A stretch of DNA of 32,000 bases, from contig NZ_CP047241.1 of NCBI RefSeq assembly GCF_009856625.1, forward strand, positions 1,485,557 to 1,517,556. Direction: 5' to 3'. The first letter of the stretch is position 1, and the number at the start of each line of letters is the position of its first letter. A program made the translations under genes and the position numbers. Below are positions 16,950-27,104 of this stretch, piece by piece. Below the pieces are notes generated by a model. It was not told where the DNA came from and ran no database searches. It saw nothing but the letters and a program-made list of their open reading frames with translations. The stretch is from Aquitalea denitrificans (GTDB lineage: Bacteria; Pseudomonadota; Gammaproteobacteria; Burkholderiales; Chromobacteriaceae).

Positions 16950-18389
16950 CTAGTGGGTAGTACACACTTGGCAGGGGTCGAAGCTGCGCACGATGTGCTG
17001 TACCTGCAGGGCTTGCGGGTCGCTGGCCTCCACGCCTTCCAGCGCCTTTTCCAGCGGGCCGGGCAGGCTCTGGCTGTCGCGCGGCGAGAAATTCCATGTC
17101 GTCGGCGCGATGATCTGGTAGCGGCTGATGCGCCCGGCATCCAGTGCCACCCAGTGCCCCAGCATGCCGCGTGCCGCCTCGGTCAGGCCGATGGCCTGGC
17201 TGTGTTGTGGCTGGGTGGGGGTAGCCAGCTGGAACGCGTCGTCCAGTTGCAATGCCGCCAGCCATTGTTCCATCTGCGGCACGATGCGTGCCACTTCGGT
17301 GAGGCGTGCCACCACCCGGCTCAGTACATTGCCGCCATCGCGGGTCACCATGTCACATAGCAGATTTTCACCACGCAGCAGGCCGCGTGCCAGTGCGCCG
17401 GTTTCGGCGGCAGCACCGGCAATGCGCGGGGCCTTGCTCCAGCTATAGCCTTCGGCCTTGTCCGGCAGCGGCACCGTGTCATTGTGTAAGGGAGCTGCCG
17501 AACCCTCGCCAGCCAGCCAGCTGCTGTGGTTGTCCTCGCTGATGTCGTCCAGCGCCAGCGGCTGGCTGCTGCCGTTCTGCCACAGCCCGGCCGGGCTCCA
17601 GCAGCCATCTGGCGCGGCATAGGCGTCGGCGGCAATAAAGCGGTCGTAGCTACGGCCCAGGGTGTGCAAGTGCAGCTGGTCGGCAATGTCGAGGAAGCAG
17701 GCGAAGTCCGCCTTGGGGGCTTGCTGGCGGTAATGCGCCAGTGCCTCTGCCGAGTCCAGTGCCGCGATGGCTTCCAGCGGCTGGCCGAAGGTGTGCTGTT
17801 CCAGATAGCGGCGGAAGGTGCGCAACCATTGCTGCAAGCGCACCCGTTCGGCTGCGCTCACCACCTTGGTGACCCCTCCCGGTTGCAGGCACAGCGTGTG
17901 CGGCCAGTGGCCGGCCAGGCTGCCCATGAAGCGCATCAGGATGGCGCGTGCTTCCAGCATGGGGGCGACGGCACTGCCGCGCTGGGCCTGGAAGCGGGCG
18001 AAGATGCCCGCATGCCAGGGCTGGGACTGGTAGTCGGCGCGGGCAAAATCCGGCATGAAGAACAAATAGAAATGGCTGAGATGGTCGGCAATGTTTTCCA
18101 CCGCGTGGACCAGATTGCGCACGTGCAGGCCATTGGGCGGCGGGCTGATGCCATACAGCGCCGACAGCGCATTGGCCGCGGCCACCGATTGCGATACCGA
18201 GCAAATGCCGCAGATGCGCGGCACGATGGCCAGCGCGTCCAGTGGCTCGCGGCCCAGCAATATCCGTTCGAAACCGCGAAACAGCGGGGCGGTGACGCGG
18301 GCGGCACTGACCTTGCCGTCGGCAAAATCCAGTGTGATGTTCAGATCGCCCTCGACACGGTTGAAGGGGCCAAGAATGCGGCGGCTCAT
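16950..18389 (-). CDS. hoxC: Regulatory (H2-sensing) [NiFe]-hydrogenase large subunit, group 2b (HoxC/HupV)
   Basis: 479 aa. N-terminal Ni-binding motif PRICGICSVSQ. The protein ends exactly at DPCQVCTTH with no C-terminal extension for protease processing, which is the hallmark of sensory hydrogenases. It has an ATGA overlap with hoxB. Confidence 0.9.
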   Translation of the reverse strand: MSRRILGPFNRVEGDLNITLDFADGKVSAARVTAPLFRGFERILLGREPLDALAIVPRICGICSVSQSVAAANALSALYGISPPPNGLHVRNLVHAVENIADHLSHFYLFFMPDFARADYQSQPWHAGIFARFQAQRGSAVAPMLEARAILMRFMGSLAGHWPHTLCLQPGGVTKVVSAAERVRLQQWLRTFRRYLEQHTFGQPLEAIAALDSAEALAHYRQQAPKADFACFLDIADQLHLHTLGRSYDRFIAADAYAAPDGCWSPAGLWQNGSSQPLALDDISEDNHSSWLAGEGSAAPLHNDTVPLPDKAEGYSWSKAPRIAGAAAETGALARGLLRGENLLCDMVTRDGGNVLSRVVARLTEVARIVPQMEQWLAALQLDDAFQLATPTQPQHSQAIGLTEAARGMLGHWVALDAGRISRYQIIAPTTWNFSPRDSQSLPGPLEKALEGVEASDPQALQVQHIVRSFDPCQVCTTH

Positions 18390-19387
18390 GCTTTGTTCTT
18401 TTTCGGCAGGGAAGGTGGCACGGTGATGCGGTCGCGGGTGGCATTCTGCCGTACCCGGGCTGGCGTGGCGGATTTGGACAGCGTGGCCAGCGCCACAAAC
18501 CAGGCCTTGGGCATGTCGGTGGGCAGACCCACCGGGAAGCCGGCCACCTGCGGCGTGCTGAAAAAGCCATGGCCGGGATCGGCAAAATCCGGCGCAGTGC
18601 AGTTGATGCAGGGGTAGCCACCGGTGAGGCAGGAGCCTTCGCCGTTCCAGCCGCGGCTATTGCAGTCGGCATGGGCCTGGGTGCCCTTGCAGCCCACATG
18701 CTCCATCAGGCAGCCCATCTGGCCGGGAGCGGTGGCACTGGCCTTGAATTCGTAAAATTCGTTCTTGTCGCAGCCGTGGTGTACCAGCTTGTCGGCGTAA
18801 AAGCGTGGCCGGCCCAAGGGGTCGAGGTCGCTGGCCTTGAGGCTGTCACTGGCCAGCAAGGCCAGGGTTTCCAGCACCCAGCCCGGATGGGTGGGGCAGC
18901 CGGAGATGTTCACCACCGGCAAGCCTCCGGCGGCGTGGAAGTCGCCGCCCAGCAGCCCGCCGGGATGATTGCCGCTGTGGTTCAGTCCGGTAGCGCCGGT
19001 CAGGTTGTCGCCCGCCGCGCTGATACCGCCATAGGCAGCGCAAGTACCCACGGCGATAACCTGGCTGGTGCGGCGGGCCAGTTGTTCGATCAGCGTGCTC
19101 ATGGCCTGGCCGTCCGGCAGCAGGTGGAAGCGCCCGGCAGCACCGGTCATCACCGCACCTTCCAGACACAGCATGTCCAGTGGCTCATCGCCATTGGCCA
19201 GTCTTTGCAGCAGCTGCATGGCCTCATCCAGGCTTTGCTCGGCAAAGCTGGGGTGCCAGATCAGCTCGATGCCGATGTCTGCCAGCGTGGTGAACAGGCT
19301 GGGGGCTTCGGCATTCAGCAGCGACAGGGTACAGCCGCCGCAGCCACCGGACTGCAGCCACAGCAGGCGTTTATTTTTCGAGGCCAT
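18386..19387 (-). CDS. hoxB: Regulatory [NiFe]-hydrogenase small subunit (HoxB/HupU)
   Basis: 333 aa. LLWLQSGGCGGCTLSLL, GTCAAYGGI and GCPTHP FeS-cluster motifs. There is no twin-arginine signal peptide, which fits a cytoplasmic sensor. Confidence 0.9.
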   Translation of the reverse strand: MASKNKRLLWLQSGGCGGCTLSLLNAEAPSLFTTLADIGIELIWHPSFAEQSLDEAMQLLQRLANGDEPLDMLCLEGAVMTGAAGRFHLLPDGQAMSTLIEQLARRTSQVIAVGTCAAYGGISAAGDNLTGATGLNHSGNHPGGLLGGDFHAAGGLPVVNISGCPTHPGWVLETLALLASDSLKASDLDPLGRPRFYADKLVHHGCDKNEFYEFKASATAPGQMGCLMEHVGCKGTQAHADCNSRGWNGEGSCLTGGYPCINCTAPDFADPGHGFFSTPQVAGFPVGLPTDMPKAWFVALATLSKSATPARVRQNATRDRITVPPSLPKKNKA

Positions 19388-20810
19388 AGCGGGTCAGCTT
19401 GTTGCGCAGGCCAACGCGGGACAGCCCCAGTTCGGCGGCGGCGCGGGTTTTGTTCCAGCGCAGCCGGGTGAGGGTTTCGCGCAGTATCTGTTTTTCCAGC
19501 TCGTCCATGCGGGTTTTCAGATCGCCCGGCAGGCCGGAAAGAAAAGCCAGCTCGGCGACTTGTTCTTCGGCGGCGGCTTGCAGTACTTCGGCAGACAGCA
19601 GGTCGGCCCCCAGCAACTCGTCGTCGCTCAATACCAGCATGCGGTTGATTTCATTGCGCAACTGCCGCACATTGCCGGGCCAGCGGTAGTCCTGCAGCGC
19701 CTGCAGGGTGTCCTCGCCAAAGCGGGCGGTGGGGCGCTGATAGTGATGGCGCGCGTCTTCCAGCAGGGCGCGGGCAATCAGCGGGATATCCTGTGGCCGT
19801 TCGCGCAGCGGCGGCACGCTGACGGTGAAGGCGGACAGCCGGTAGTACAGGTCTTCGCGAAACTGGCCGGCGCGCACCAGTTCGGGCAACAGCTTGTTGG
19901 TGGCGGATACCACGCGCACATTCACTTTCAATGGACGCGGGCTGCCCACCGGGCGGATTTCGCCTTCTTGCAGCACGCGTAGCAGCTTGGCCTGGAAGGC
20001 GGGCGAGGTTTCGCCGATTTCATCCAGGAAAATGGTGCCGCCATCGGCTTGCTGGAACAGGCCGATGCGGTCCTGATAGGCCCCGGTGAAGGCACCGCGC
20101 TTGTGGCCGAACAACTCGCTTTCCAGTAGTTGTTCCGGCATGGCGGCGCAGTTTTCCACCACGAAGGGGCGGTCACGGCGGTGGCTGGCATAGTGCAGCG
20201 CGCGCGCCAGCAATTCCTTGCCCACGCCGGATTCGCCTTCAATCAGCACGGAGATGTCAAACGGCGCCACCCGCGACAGCAGGGCGCAGATCTTGCTCAT
20301 GCTGCTGTCTGCAGCCCGGATGATATTGTCCATGGCCGAGCGCTCGCGCATCTGCTCGCGCTTGCTGTCCACCCGCACCTTGAGCCAGGGTTCGGACGAT
20401 TTCAGCTCCACGTTCAGCAGTTCGTTTTCCTGCTGCAGGCGGAACAGTTCCGCTGCGCCCTGTACCGTCAGCAGCAGTGATTCCGGCCGCCACGGCTTGA
20501 GCAAGTACTGGTAGATGCCGGCATCGTTGACGGCGGCAATGATGTCGGCGTTGTCAGTGTAGCCGGACAGGATGATGCGGATGACTTGCGGGCAGCGCTC
20601 ACGCACCTGCTGGAGAAACTCCACGCCGCTCATGTCCGGCATGCGCTGGTCGCTGACAACCACCTGGATGAATTCCGAATCCAGAATGGCCAGCGCTTCG
20701 GCTCCACCGCTGGCAGTGAACAGGGTGAAGTCGTCTTCCAGCGTGCGTTCCAGGGCTTCCAGTGAACGGATTTCATCATCCACCAGCAAGATGGCGGGTT
20801 TGGCGCGCAT
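19371..20810 (-). CDS. hoxA: NtrC-family sigma54-dependent response regulator HoxA/HupR
   Basis: 479 aa. Receiver domain (LLVDDE...VVVSDQRMPDMSG...KPW). AAA+ domain with GESGVGKELLA and an intact GAFTGA loop. C-terminal Fis-type HTH (AAAELGLSRVGLRNKLTRYGL). It sits immediately upstream of hoxBC. Confidence 0.9.
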   Translation of the reverse strand: MRAKPAILLVDDEIRSLEALERTLEDDFTLFTASGGAEALAILDSEFIQVVVSDQRMPDMSGVEFLQQVRERCPQVIRIILSGYTDNADIIAAVNDAGIYQYLLKPWRPESLLLTVQGAAELFRLQQENELLNVELKSSEPWLKVRVDSKREQMRERSAMDNIIRAADSSMSKICALLSRVAPFDISVLIEGESGVGKELLARALHYASHRRDRPFVVENCAAMPEQLLESELFGHKRGAFTGAYQDRIGLFQQADGGTIFLDEIGETSPAFQAKLLRVLQEGEIRPVGSPRPLKVNVRVVSATNKLLPELVRAGQFREDLYYRLSAFTVSVPPLRERPQDIPLIARALLEDARHHYQRPTARFGEDTLQALQDYRWPGNVRQLRNEINRMLVLSDDELLGADLLSAEVLQAAAEEQVAELAFLSGLPGDLKTRMDELEKQILRETLTRLRWNKTRAAAELGLSRVGLRNKLTRYGLEK

Positions 20811-20909
20811 TGTTGTTATTCCCCAAAATGTGTTCTATGCGGTGTGTTCGGTACGGTGCGGGCTGGCAAGCCCGGCGAATTATTGTTGTTTGCGCTAGCG
20901 GACACGGGC

Positions 20910-21950
20910 TTAGCAAATGCGTGGCAGCATCTCGCCGCTCAGCCAGTCCAGCAGGCGTTCGCCGCCAAAATCGGTCTGCACCCGCACAAACTGGTGGGCG
21001 TCATGCACCACTTCGCCGATGATGGCCGCCTGCTGTCCCAGCGGGTGGGCTTGCAGGGCGGCCAGTGCCGCCGCCGCCTCTGCTGCCGGGCAGATGGCCA
21101 CCAGTTTACCTTCATTGGCAATGTAGAGCGGGTCCAATCCCAGAAATTCGCAGGCGGCGCGCACGCTGGCCTGTACCGGAATGGCGCATTCCTGCAGGCG
21201 CATGCCCACGCCGGACTGCTGGGCGATTTCGTTGAGCGTGGTGGCCAGGCCGCCACGGGTGGGGTCGCGCATCAGGCGCAGGCCGGGGCTGGCAGCCAGC
21301 AGCGCGGCAGCCAGCGTGTGCAGGGCTGCGCTGTCGGACAGGATGGGGCTGGCAAAGCCCAGCCCTTCGCGCTGTGACATCACCGCCATGCCGTGATCGC
21401 CCAGCGTGCCGGACAGCAGGATCACATCGCCGGGACGGGCCTGATCGCCGGACAGGCTCACCCCGTCTGCCACCACGCCCACGCCGGTGGTGGAAATGAA
21501 CACGCCATCGCCCTTGCCGCGTTCCACCACCTTGGTGTCGCCGGTGACAATGGCCACTCCGGCCGCGCGCGCAGCGGCAGCCATGGAGCGCACGATGCGC
21601 GCCAGATCAGCCAGCGGCAGGCCTTCTTCCAGAATGAAACCGGCGGACAGGTACAGGGGCGTGGCACCGCCCATGGCCAGGTCATTCACTGTGCCATGCA
21701 CCGCCAGGCTGCCGATATCGCCACCGGGAAAGAACAAGGGCGAAATGACATGGCTGTCAGTGGCAATGGCAATGCGTCCGCCAGGTGGCGGCAGGATGGC
21801 CTGGTCATTACCCTGCGCCAGCCAGTCGTTGGCAAATTCGGCGGCAAACAGCTCGCTCACCAGCTGGGCCATGGCGCGGCCACCACTGCCGTGGGTAAGG
21901 TTGACCAGACCGTGCTTGAGGTCGAGCGGACGGGTGTAGGGCTTGCTCAT
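20910..21950 (-). CDS. hypE: Hydrogenase maturation protein HypE (carbamoyl dehydratase)
   Basis: The C-terminus ends in PRIC, and the protein shows the AIR-synthase-like fold pattern. I chose the start at ATG 21948-21950 (MSKPYTRPLDLKHG...), which forms an ATGA overlap with the hypD stop. The track ORF start at 22109 would overlap hypD by 160 nt. Confidence 0.93.
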   Translation of the reverse strand: MSKPYTRPLDLKHGLVNLTHGSGGRAMAQLVSELFAAEFANDWLAQGNDQAILPPPGGRIAIATDSHVISPLFFPGGDIGSLAVHGTVNDLAMGGATPLYLSAGFILEEGLPLADLARIVRSMAAAARAAGVAIVTGDTKVVERGKGDGVFISTTGVGVVADGVSLSGDQARPGDVILLSGTLGDHGMAVMSQREGLGFASPILSDSAALHTLAAALLAASPGLRLMRDPTRGGLATTLNEIAQQSGVGMRLQECAIPVQASVRAACEFLGLDPLYIANEGKLVAICPAAEAAAALAALQAHPLGQQAAIIGEVVHDAHQFVRVQTDFGGERLLDWLSGEMLPRIC

Positions 21951-23065
21951 GCCGTGGCTCCCTGTACGAAACGGCCATAGTGGTAATGGGCGGCACAGGC
22001 CCCTTCGCTGGACACCATGCAGGAGCCCAGCGGGTTGTCCGGCGTGCAGACAATGCCGAATACCTTGCAGTCCTGCGGTTGCTTCTGGCCACGCAGGATG
22101 GCACCGCACTCACAGGCCTTGTGGTCCGGCACATGGCGATACGGCAGGGCAAAGCGCAGCTCGGCATCAAATTCGGCAAAGTCCGGGTGAATGGCCAGCG
22201 CAGAGTGCGGTACTTGCCCCAGGCCGCGCCATTCAAAGCTGTCGCGCAGCGTCATGGTCTGCGCCACCCGCTCGCGGGCTTTCTGATTGCCTTCGTGGGT
22301 GACGGCGCGGCTGAACTGGGTTTCCACCTCGGTACGGCCCTGGTTGATCTGCTCCACCAGCATGGCCACCGCCTGCAGCACATCCAGCGGTTCGAAACCG
22401 GCAATCACCACCGGCTTGGCAAACTCCTCGGCCACTGCCGCATAGGGCGCGCTGCCAATGACGGTGCTGACGTGGGAGGGGCCGATGAAACCGTCCAGCT
22501 GCACCGCGTCACCCGCTGCCAGCAGATGGCGCATGGCGGGCGGGGTGAGTACGTGGTTGCAGAACACGCTGAAGTTGGCCAGCTTTTCCTGCCGCGCCTG
22601 GATGAGTGCCAGCGCAGTGGGCGGAGTGGTGGTTTCAAAGCCGATGGCAAAAAACACCACCTGCTTGTGCGGGTTGTCACGGGCAATCTGCAGCGCGTCA
22701 TTGGTGGAGTACACCATGCGCACGTCCGCGCCCTTGGCGCGCGCCTGATACAGGCTCATCTTGTTTGATGCCGGCACGCGCAGGGTGTCGCCATAACTGC
22801 ACAGGATGACATCCGGACGCAGCGCCAGCTCGATGGCGGAATCCACCCGGCCGATGGGCAGCACGCACACCGGACAGCCGGGGCCGTGGATCAGCCTGAT
22901 ATTGTCCGGCAACAAGCCGGTGAGGCCGTAGCGGGCGATGGCGTGGGTGTGGCCGCCGCAGAACTCCATCAGCCGGTATTCGCGCGCCGGGTCCACCAGA
23001 CGGCTGATTTGCGCAGCCATGCCACGGGCAATGTCGCCGCGGCGGAATTCGTCTACATACTTCAT
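21947..23065 (-). CDS. hypD: Hydrogenase maturation protein HypD
   Basis: 372 aa. MKYVDEFR, FCGGHTH, GPGCPVCV, GFETT and GPSHVS motifs. Confidence 0.95.
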   Translation of the reverse strand: MKYVDEFRRGDIARGMAAQISRLVDPAREYRLMEFCGGHTHAIARYGLTGLLPDNIRLIHGPGCPVCVLPIGRVDSAIELALRPDVILCSYGDTLRVPASNKMSLYQARAKGADVRMVYSTNDALQIARDNPHKQVVFFAIGFETTTPPTALALIQARQEKLANFSVFCNHVLTPPAMRHLLAAGDAVQLDGFIGPSHVSTVIGSAPYAAVAEEFAKPVVIAGFEPLDVLQAVAMLVEQINQGRTEVETQFSRAVTHEGNQKARERVAQTMTLRDSFEWRGLGQVPHSALAIHPDFAEFDAELRFALPYRHVPDHKACECGAILRGQKQPQDCKVFGIVCTPDNPLGSCMVSSEGACAAHYHYGRFVQGATA

Positions 23066-23289
23066 GCCTGCTCCCCCGCTGCCAATTGGTCCATCAAGGC
23101 CAGGGTGCGGGCGGCTTCCTCGGCATCGAGTTTGCCGATGGCGTAACCCACATGCAGGATGACGTAATCGCCCTCCTGCGGGGCGTCGATCAGGGCGACC
23201 GATACTTCACGGCTGACACCGTCCATATCCACCACTGCCATCTCCTCGGGCAGCAGCTGGCTGATTCTTACCGGCATGGCCAGGCACAT
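23062..23289 (-). CDS. hypC: Hydrogenase maturation chaperone HypC
   Basis: 75 aa beginning MCLAMP (the essential Cys2). ATGA overlap with hypD. Confidence 0.92.
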   Translation of the reverse strand: MCLAMPVRISQLLPEEMAVVDMDGVSREVSVALIDAPQEGDYVILHVGYAIGKLDAEEAARTLALMDQLAAGEQA

Positions 23290-23330
23290 GGTTGTTTCTC
23301 CTTGTTATTGTGTTTGCGCAGGTGCGGGTT

Positions 23331-25646
23331 TCAGGACAAGGTGTCCGGTGCATTGCTCTGCAGCAGGCGTTGCCGCGCCACCCAGGCCTGGCCCAGACTC
23401 AGGCCGCCGTCATTGGGCGGCAGTTTGCGGGCGGTGTAGACCTGCAGGCCGGCAGCGGCCAGCAGCGGCAGCAGCTGTTGCAACAGCTGGCGATTGGCAC
23501 AGCAGCCACCGGCCAGTACCAGCTGGCGCATGCCGGTAGTGCTGGCAGCCTGGCTGGCCCAGTCTGCCAGTGCATGGGCCAGCGTGGCATGCCACAGGCT
23601 GGCAATGGCAAGCGGGTCGGTCAGTTGCAGCAGCTGGCGTGCCAGCGGGGTGAGGTCCAGCAAATTGGCTGCAGACACTTGCCAGCCGCCGGCCAGCGGT
23701 GCGCAGGGTGCAGTCAGCGCCTCCAGCTTTTGCGCGGCCTCGCTCTCGAAGCTTTGCTCCGGACAGATGCCGGCCAGGCCGGCAACTGCATCAAACCAGC
23801 GCCCCATACTGGTGGTGTCTGGACAGTTGAGCCCGGTTTCCAGCTGGCGCAACAGCATGGGCAGGCCGGGGCGCTCGCTCAGGTGCTGCGGCAAGGGCAG
23901 CTCGCCGGCCAGCCTGTGCCACAAGCCCACGGCCATGCGCCATGGTTCACGGGCGGCCTTGTCGCCACCGGGCAGCGGCAAGGGGGTGATGTGGCCGATG
24001 CGCTCGCAACTGGCACCTTCCAGCATCATCAGCTCGCCGCCCCAGGCACCGCCGTTCTTGCCCAGGCCGTAACCGTCCAGCGCCAGCCCCAGCAACGGGC
24101 CTTGCAGGCCCTGTTCGGCCATGACAGCGGCCAGATGGGCATGGTGGTGTTGTACCGGTAGCAAGGGAATGCCCAGCTGTTGCGACCATTGCTGCGCCAA
24201 CTGGCTGGAAAAGCTGTCCGGCTGCAAATCACAGGCAATGGCCTGCGGGCTGACGCCGGTGAGGTCCAGCAGGTGCTGGGCGGTCTGTTCCAGTGCTTCG
24301 CAGCTAAGCGGGTGGTCCAGGTCGCCCACATGTTGCGACACAAAGGCTTCGTCGCCGCGCAGCACGGTGGCGGTGGTCTTGAGGTAAGCGCCCAGCGCCA
24401 GCACGTCCGGCCCGCTATCGGCCAGTGGCAGCGGGTCTGGTACAAAGCCGCGCGCCCGGCGGTAGAACAGCGGCTGATCGTCCTGCAATGCCAGTACGCT
24501 GTCGTCGCAGCGGGTGACGATGCTGCGGTTGTGCAGCAGGAACACGTCGGCCACCTTGTTCAGCCGTTCGCGCGCTTCCTGATTGCTGGTGACAATCGGT
24601 TCGCCGGACAGATTGGCACTGGTCATCACCCAGATGCGCTCACAGGCTTGCTCGCGCCATTGCTCACCTTGCGGTCGGCCCAGCGCTTCGTGAAACAGCA
24701 GCCATTGCAGCGGGGTATAGGGCAGCATCACGCCGATGGCGGCAATGCCGGGTGCGATGTCCGGCATCAGTTGGTCGGCTTCCGGTTTTTTTTGCAGCAG
24801 CACGATGGGCCGTTCCGGGCGTTGCAGCCAGGCGGCTTCCTGCGGGCTGACTTCACAAAATGCCCGCACCGATTCCACATTCAGTGCCATTACCGCCAGC
24901 GGTTTGCCGGGGCGATGCTTGAGCTGGCGCAGCCGCGCTACTGCTTCCGGATTGGTGGCATCGCATACCAGATGAAAACCACCCAGCCCTTTCATGGCAA
25001 TGCTGCGGCCCATGCGCAGGATCTGCCAGGCACCATGCAGCGGATCACCATTGAGAGAGATGCCAAAGCGGTCGGTCAGTTGCATCTGCGGGCCGCAGTC
25101 CGGACAGGCGGTGGGCTCGGCATGAAAGCGGCGGCTGTGCGGGCTTTGGTATTCGCTGCGACAGGACGGACACAGCAAAAAGGGCAGCATGCTGGTGTTG
25201 GCGCGGTCGTAGGGCAGGCGGTGAGTAACGGTGTAGCGCGGGCCGCAATCGGTACAGTTGATGAAGGCGTAGCGATAGCGGCGATTGGCCGGGTCGAACA
25301 GCTCGGCGAGGCAGGCCGGACAGGTGGCGCTGTCTGCCGGCAGACGGGCCTGGGTGGTGCTGCCACTGCTGCTGCGGATTTCAAAGTCGTCTTCATCCGG
25401 CAACGGGTCAAGCAGGCTTTGCTGCATGCTGTCGATCTGGGCCAGCGGCGGCAAATCCTGTTGCAGATGCAGTTGGAAGGCATCCAGCTGGCTGCTGCTG
25501 CCCTGCAGTTCGATGGTGACGCCTTCTCCGGTGTTGAGTACAAAGCCGGACAGGCCTTCCGCCTGGGCGGTACGCCAGATGAAGGGGCGGAAGCCCACTC
25601 CCTGAACCCGGCCGCGGATGGCCAGTCGCAAGCGTTGTGTCGGCAT
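23331..25646 (-). CDS. hypF: Carbamoyltransferase HypF
   Basis: 771 aa. Acylphosphatase domain (RGRVQGVGFRPF), four CxxC zinc-finger motifs (CPACLAEL, CTDCGPRY, CPSCRSEY, CPDCGPQ), then YrdC-like and Kae1-like domains. Confidence 0.95.
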   Translation of the reverse strand: MPTQRLRLAIRGRVQGVGFRPFIWRTAQAEGLSGFVLNTGEGVTIELQGSSSQLDAFQLHLQQDLPPLAQIDSMQQSLLDPLPDEDDFEIRSSSGSTTQARLPADSATCPACLAELFDPANRRYRYAFINCTDCGPRYTVTHRLPYDRANTSMLPFLLCPSCRSEYQSPHSRRFHAEPTACPDCGPQMQLTDRFGISLNGDPLHGAWQILRMGRSIAMKGLGGFHLVCDATNPEAVARLRQLKHRPGKPLAVMALNVESVRAFCEVSPQEAAWLQRPERPIVLLQKKPEADQLMPDIAPGIAAIGVMLPYTPLQWLLFHEALGRPQGEQWREQACERIWVMTSANLSGEPIVTSNQEARERLNKVADVFLLHNRSIVTRCDDSVLALQDDQPLFYRRARGFVPDPLPLADSGPDVLALGAYLKTTATVLRGDEAFVSQHVGDLDHPLSCEALEQTAQHLLDLTGVSPQAIACDLQPDSFSSQLAQQWSQQLGIPLLPVQHHHAHLAAVMAEQGLQGPLLGLALDGYGLGKNGGAWGGELMMLEGASCERIGHITPLPLPGGDKAAREPWRMAVGLWHRLAGELPLPQHLSERPGLPMLLRQLETGLNCPDTTSMGRWFDAVAGLAGICPEQSFESEAAQKLEALTAPCAPLAGGWQVSAANLLDLTPLARQLLQLTDPLAIASLWHATLAHALADWASQAASTTGMRQLVLAGGCCANRQLLQQLLPLLAAAGLQVYTARKLPPNDGGLSLGQAWVARQRLLQSNAPDTLS

Positions 25647-25649
25647 GAT

Positions 25650-26690
<1,041 letters not shown>

Positions 26691-26762
26691 TGCTGCCTCT
26701 CCTTGTTTTTCATTCTGATGGCTGCGGCCTGTGGCCGCTGGCCGGTATTCATGGTGCGGGGC

Positions 26763-27104
26763 TTATTCCACTTCCAGTTCGCTGACGCGCATTTCATCGC
26801 CACCGGTCACTTGCACCTGATGCTTGCCGCATAGCGGACAGGCATCGAAGCGGGCGTGGATGGCCACCTGCTGGCTGCAAGCCAGGCACCAGCCTTCACC
26901 GGGCTGGCGCACAAAGTGAAAGCGTGCGCCATCGGCCAGCGTGTCGCGGCTGACCACTTCCAGGCAAAAATCCAGTGCTTCCACTTCCACCCCGGCCAGC
27001 TCGCCTATGCTCAGCCATACCTGTTTTACCCGCTGGAAGTCCTGGGCCTTAGCCTGGCCTTCCAGCAACTGGATGATGCCCTCGGCCAGTGACATTTCAT
27101 GCAT
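26763..27104 (-). CDS. hypA: Hydrogenase nickel-insertion protein HypA
   Basis: 113 aa. MHEMSLAEGI N-terminus (MHE nickel site) and zinc motifs CLACSQ...CPLCG. Confidence 0.93.
   Translation of the reverse strand: MHEMSLAEGIIQLLEGQAKAQDFQRVKQVWLSIGELAGVEVEALDFCLEVVSRDTLADGARFHFVRQPGEGWCLACSQQVAIHARFDACPLCGKHQVQVTGGDEMRVSELEVE

Noticed and set aside
20811-20909. hypE-hoxA intergenic hairpin (CGGGCT-GGCA-AGCCCG, about 20859-20874) considered as a terminator or promoter element
   Set aside because: On the minus strand the stem is short and no U-tract follows. I could not find a convincing -35/-10 or -24/-12 pair, so there is not enough evidence to annotate it.
21951-22109. N-terminal extension of the hypE track ORF (start at 22109). 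The same issue affects hoxV (28251), bauA (1753), ohr (2806), hoxR (28816), hoxQ (29658, TTG) and dinB (16398).
   Set aside because: The extensions overlap the upstream gene extensively or lack family-conserved sequence. The internal starts give canonical N-termini and ATGA/TGATG coupling junctions.
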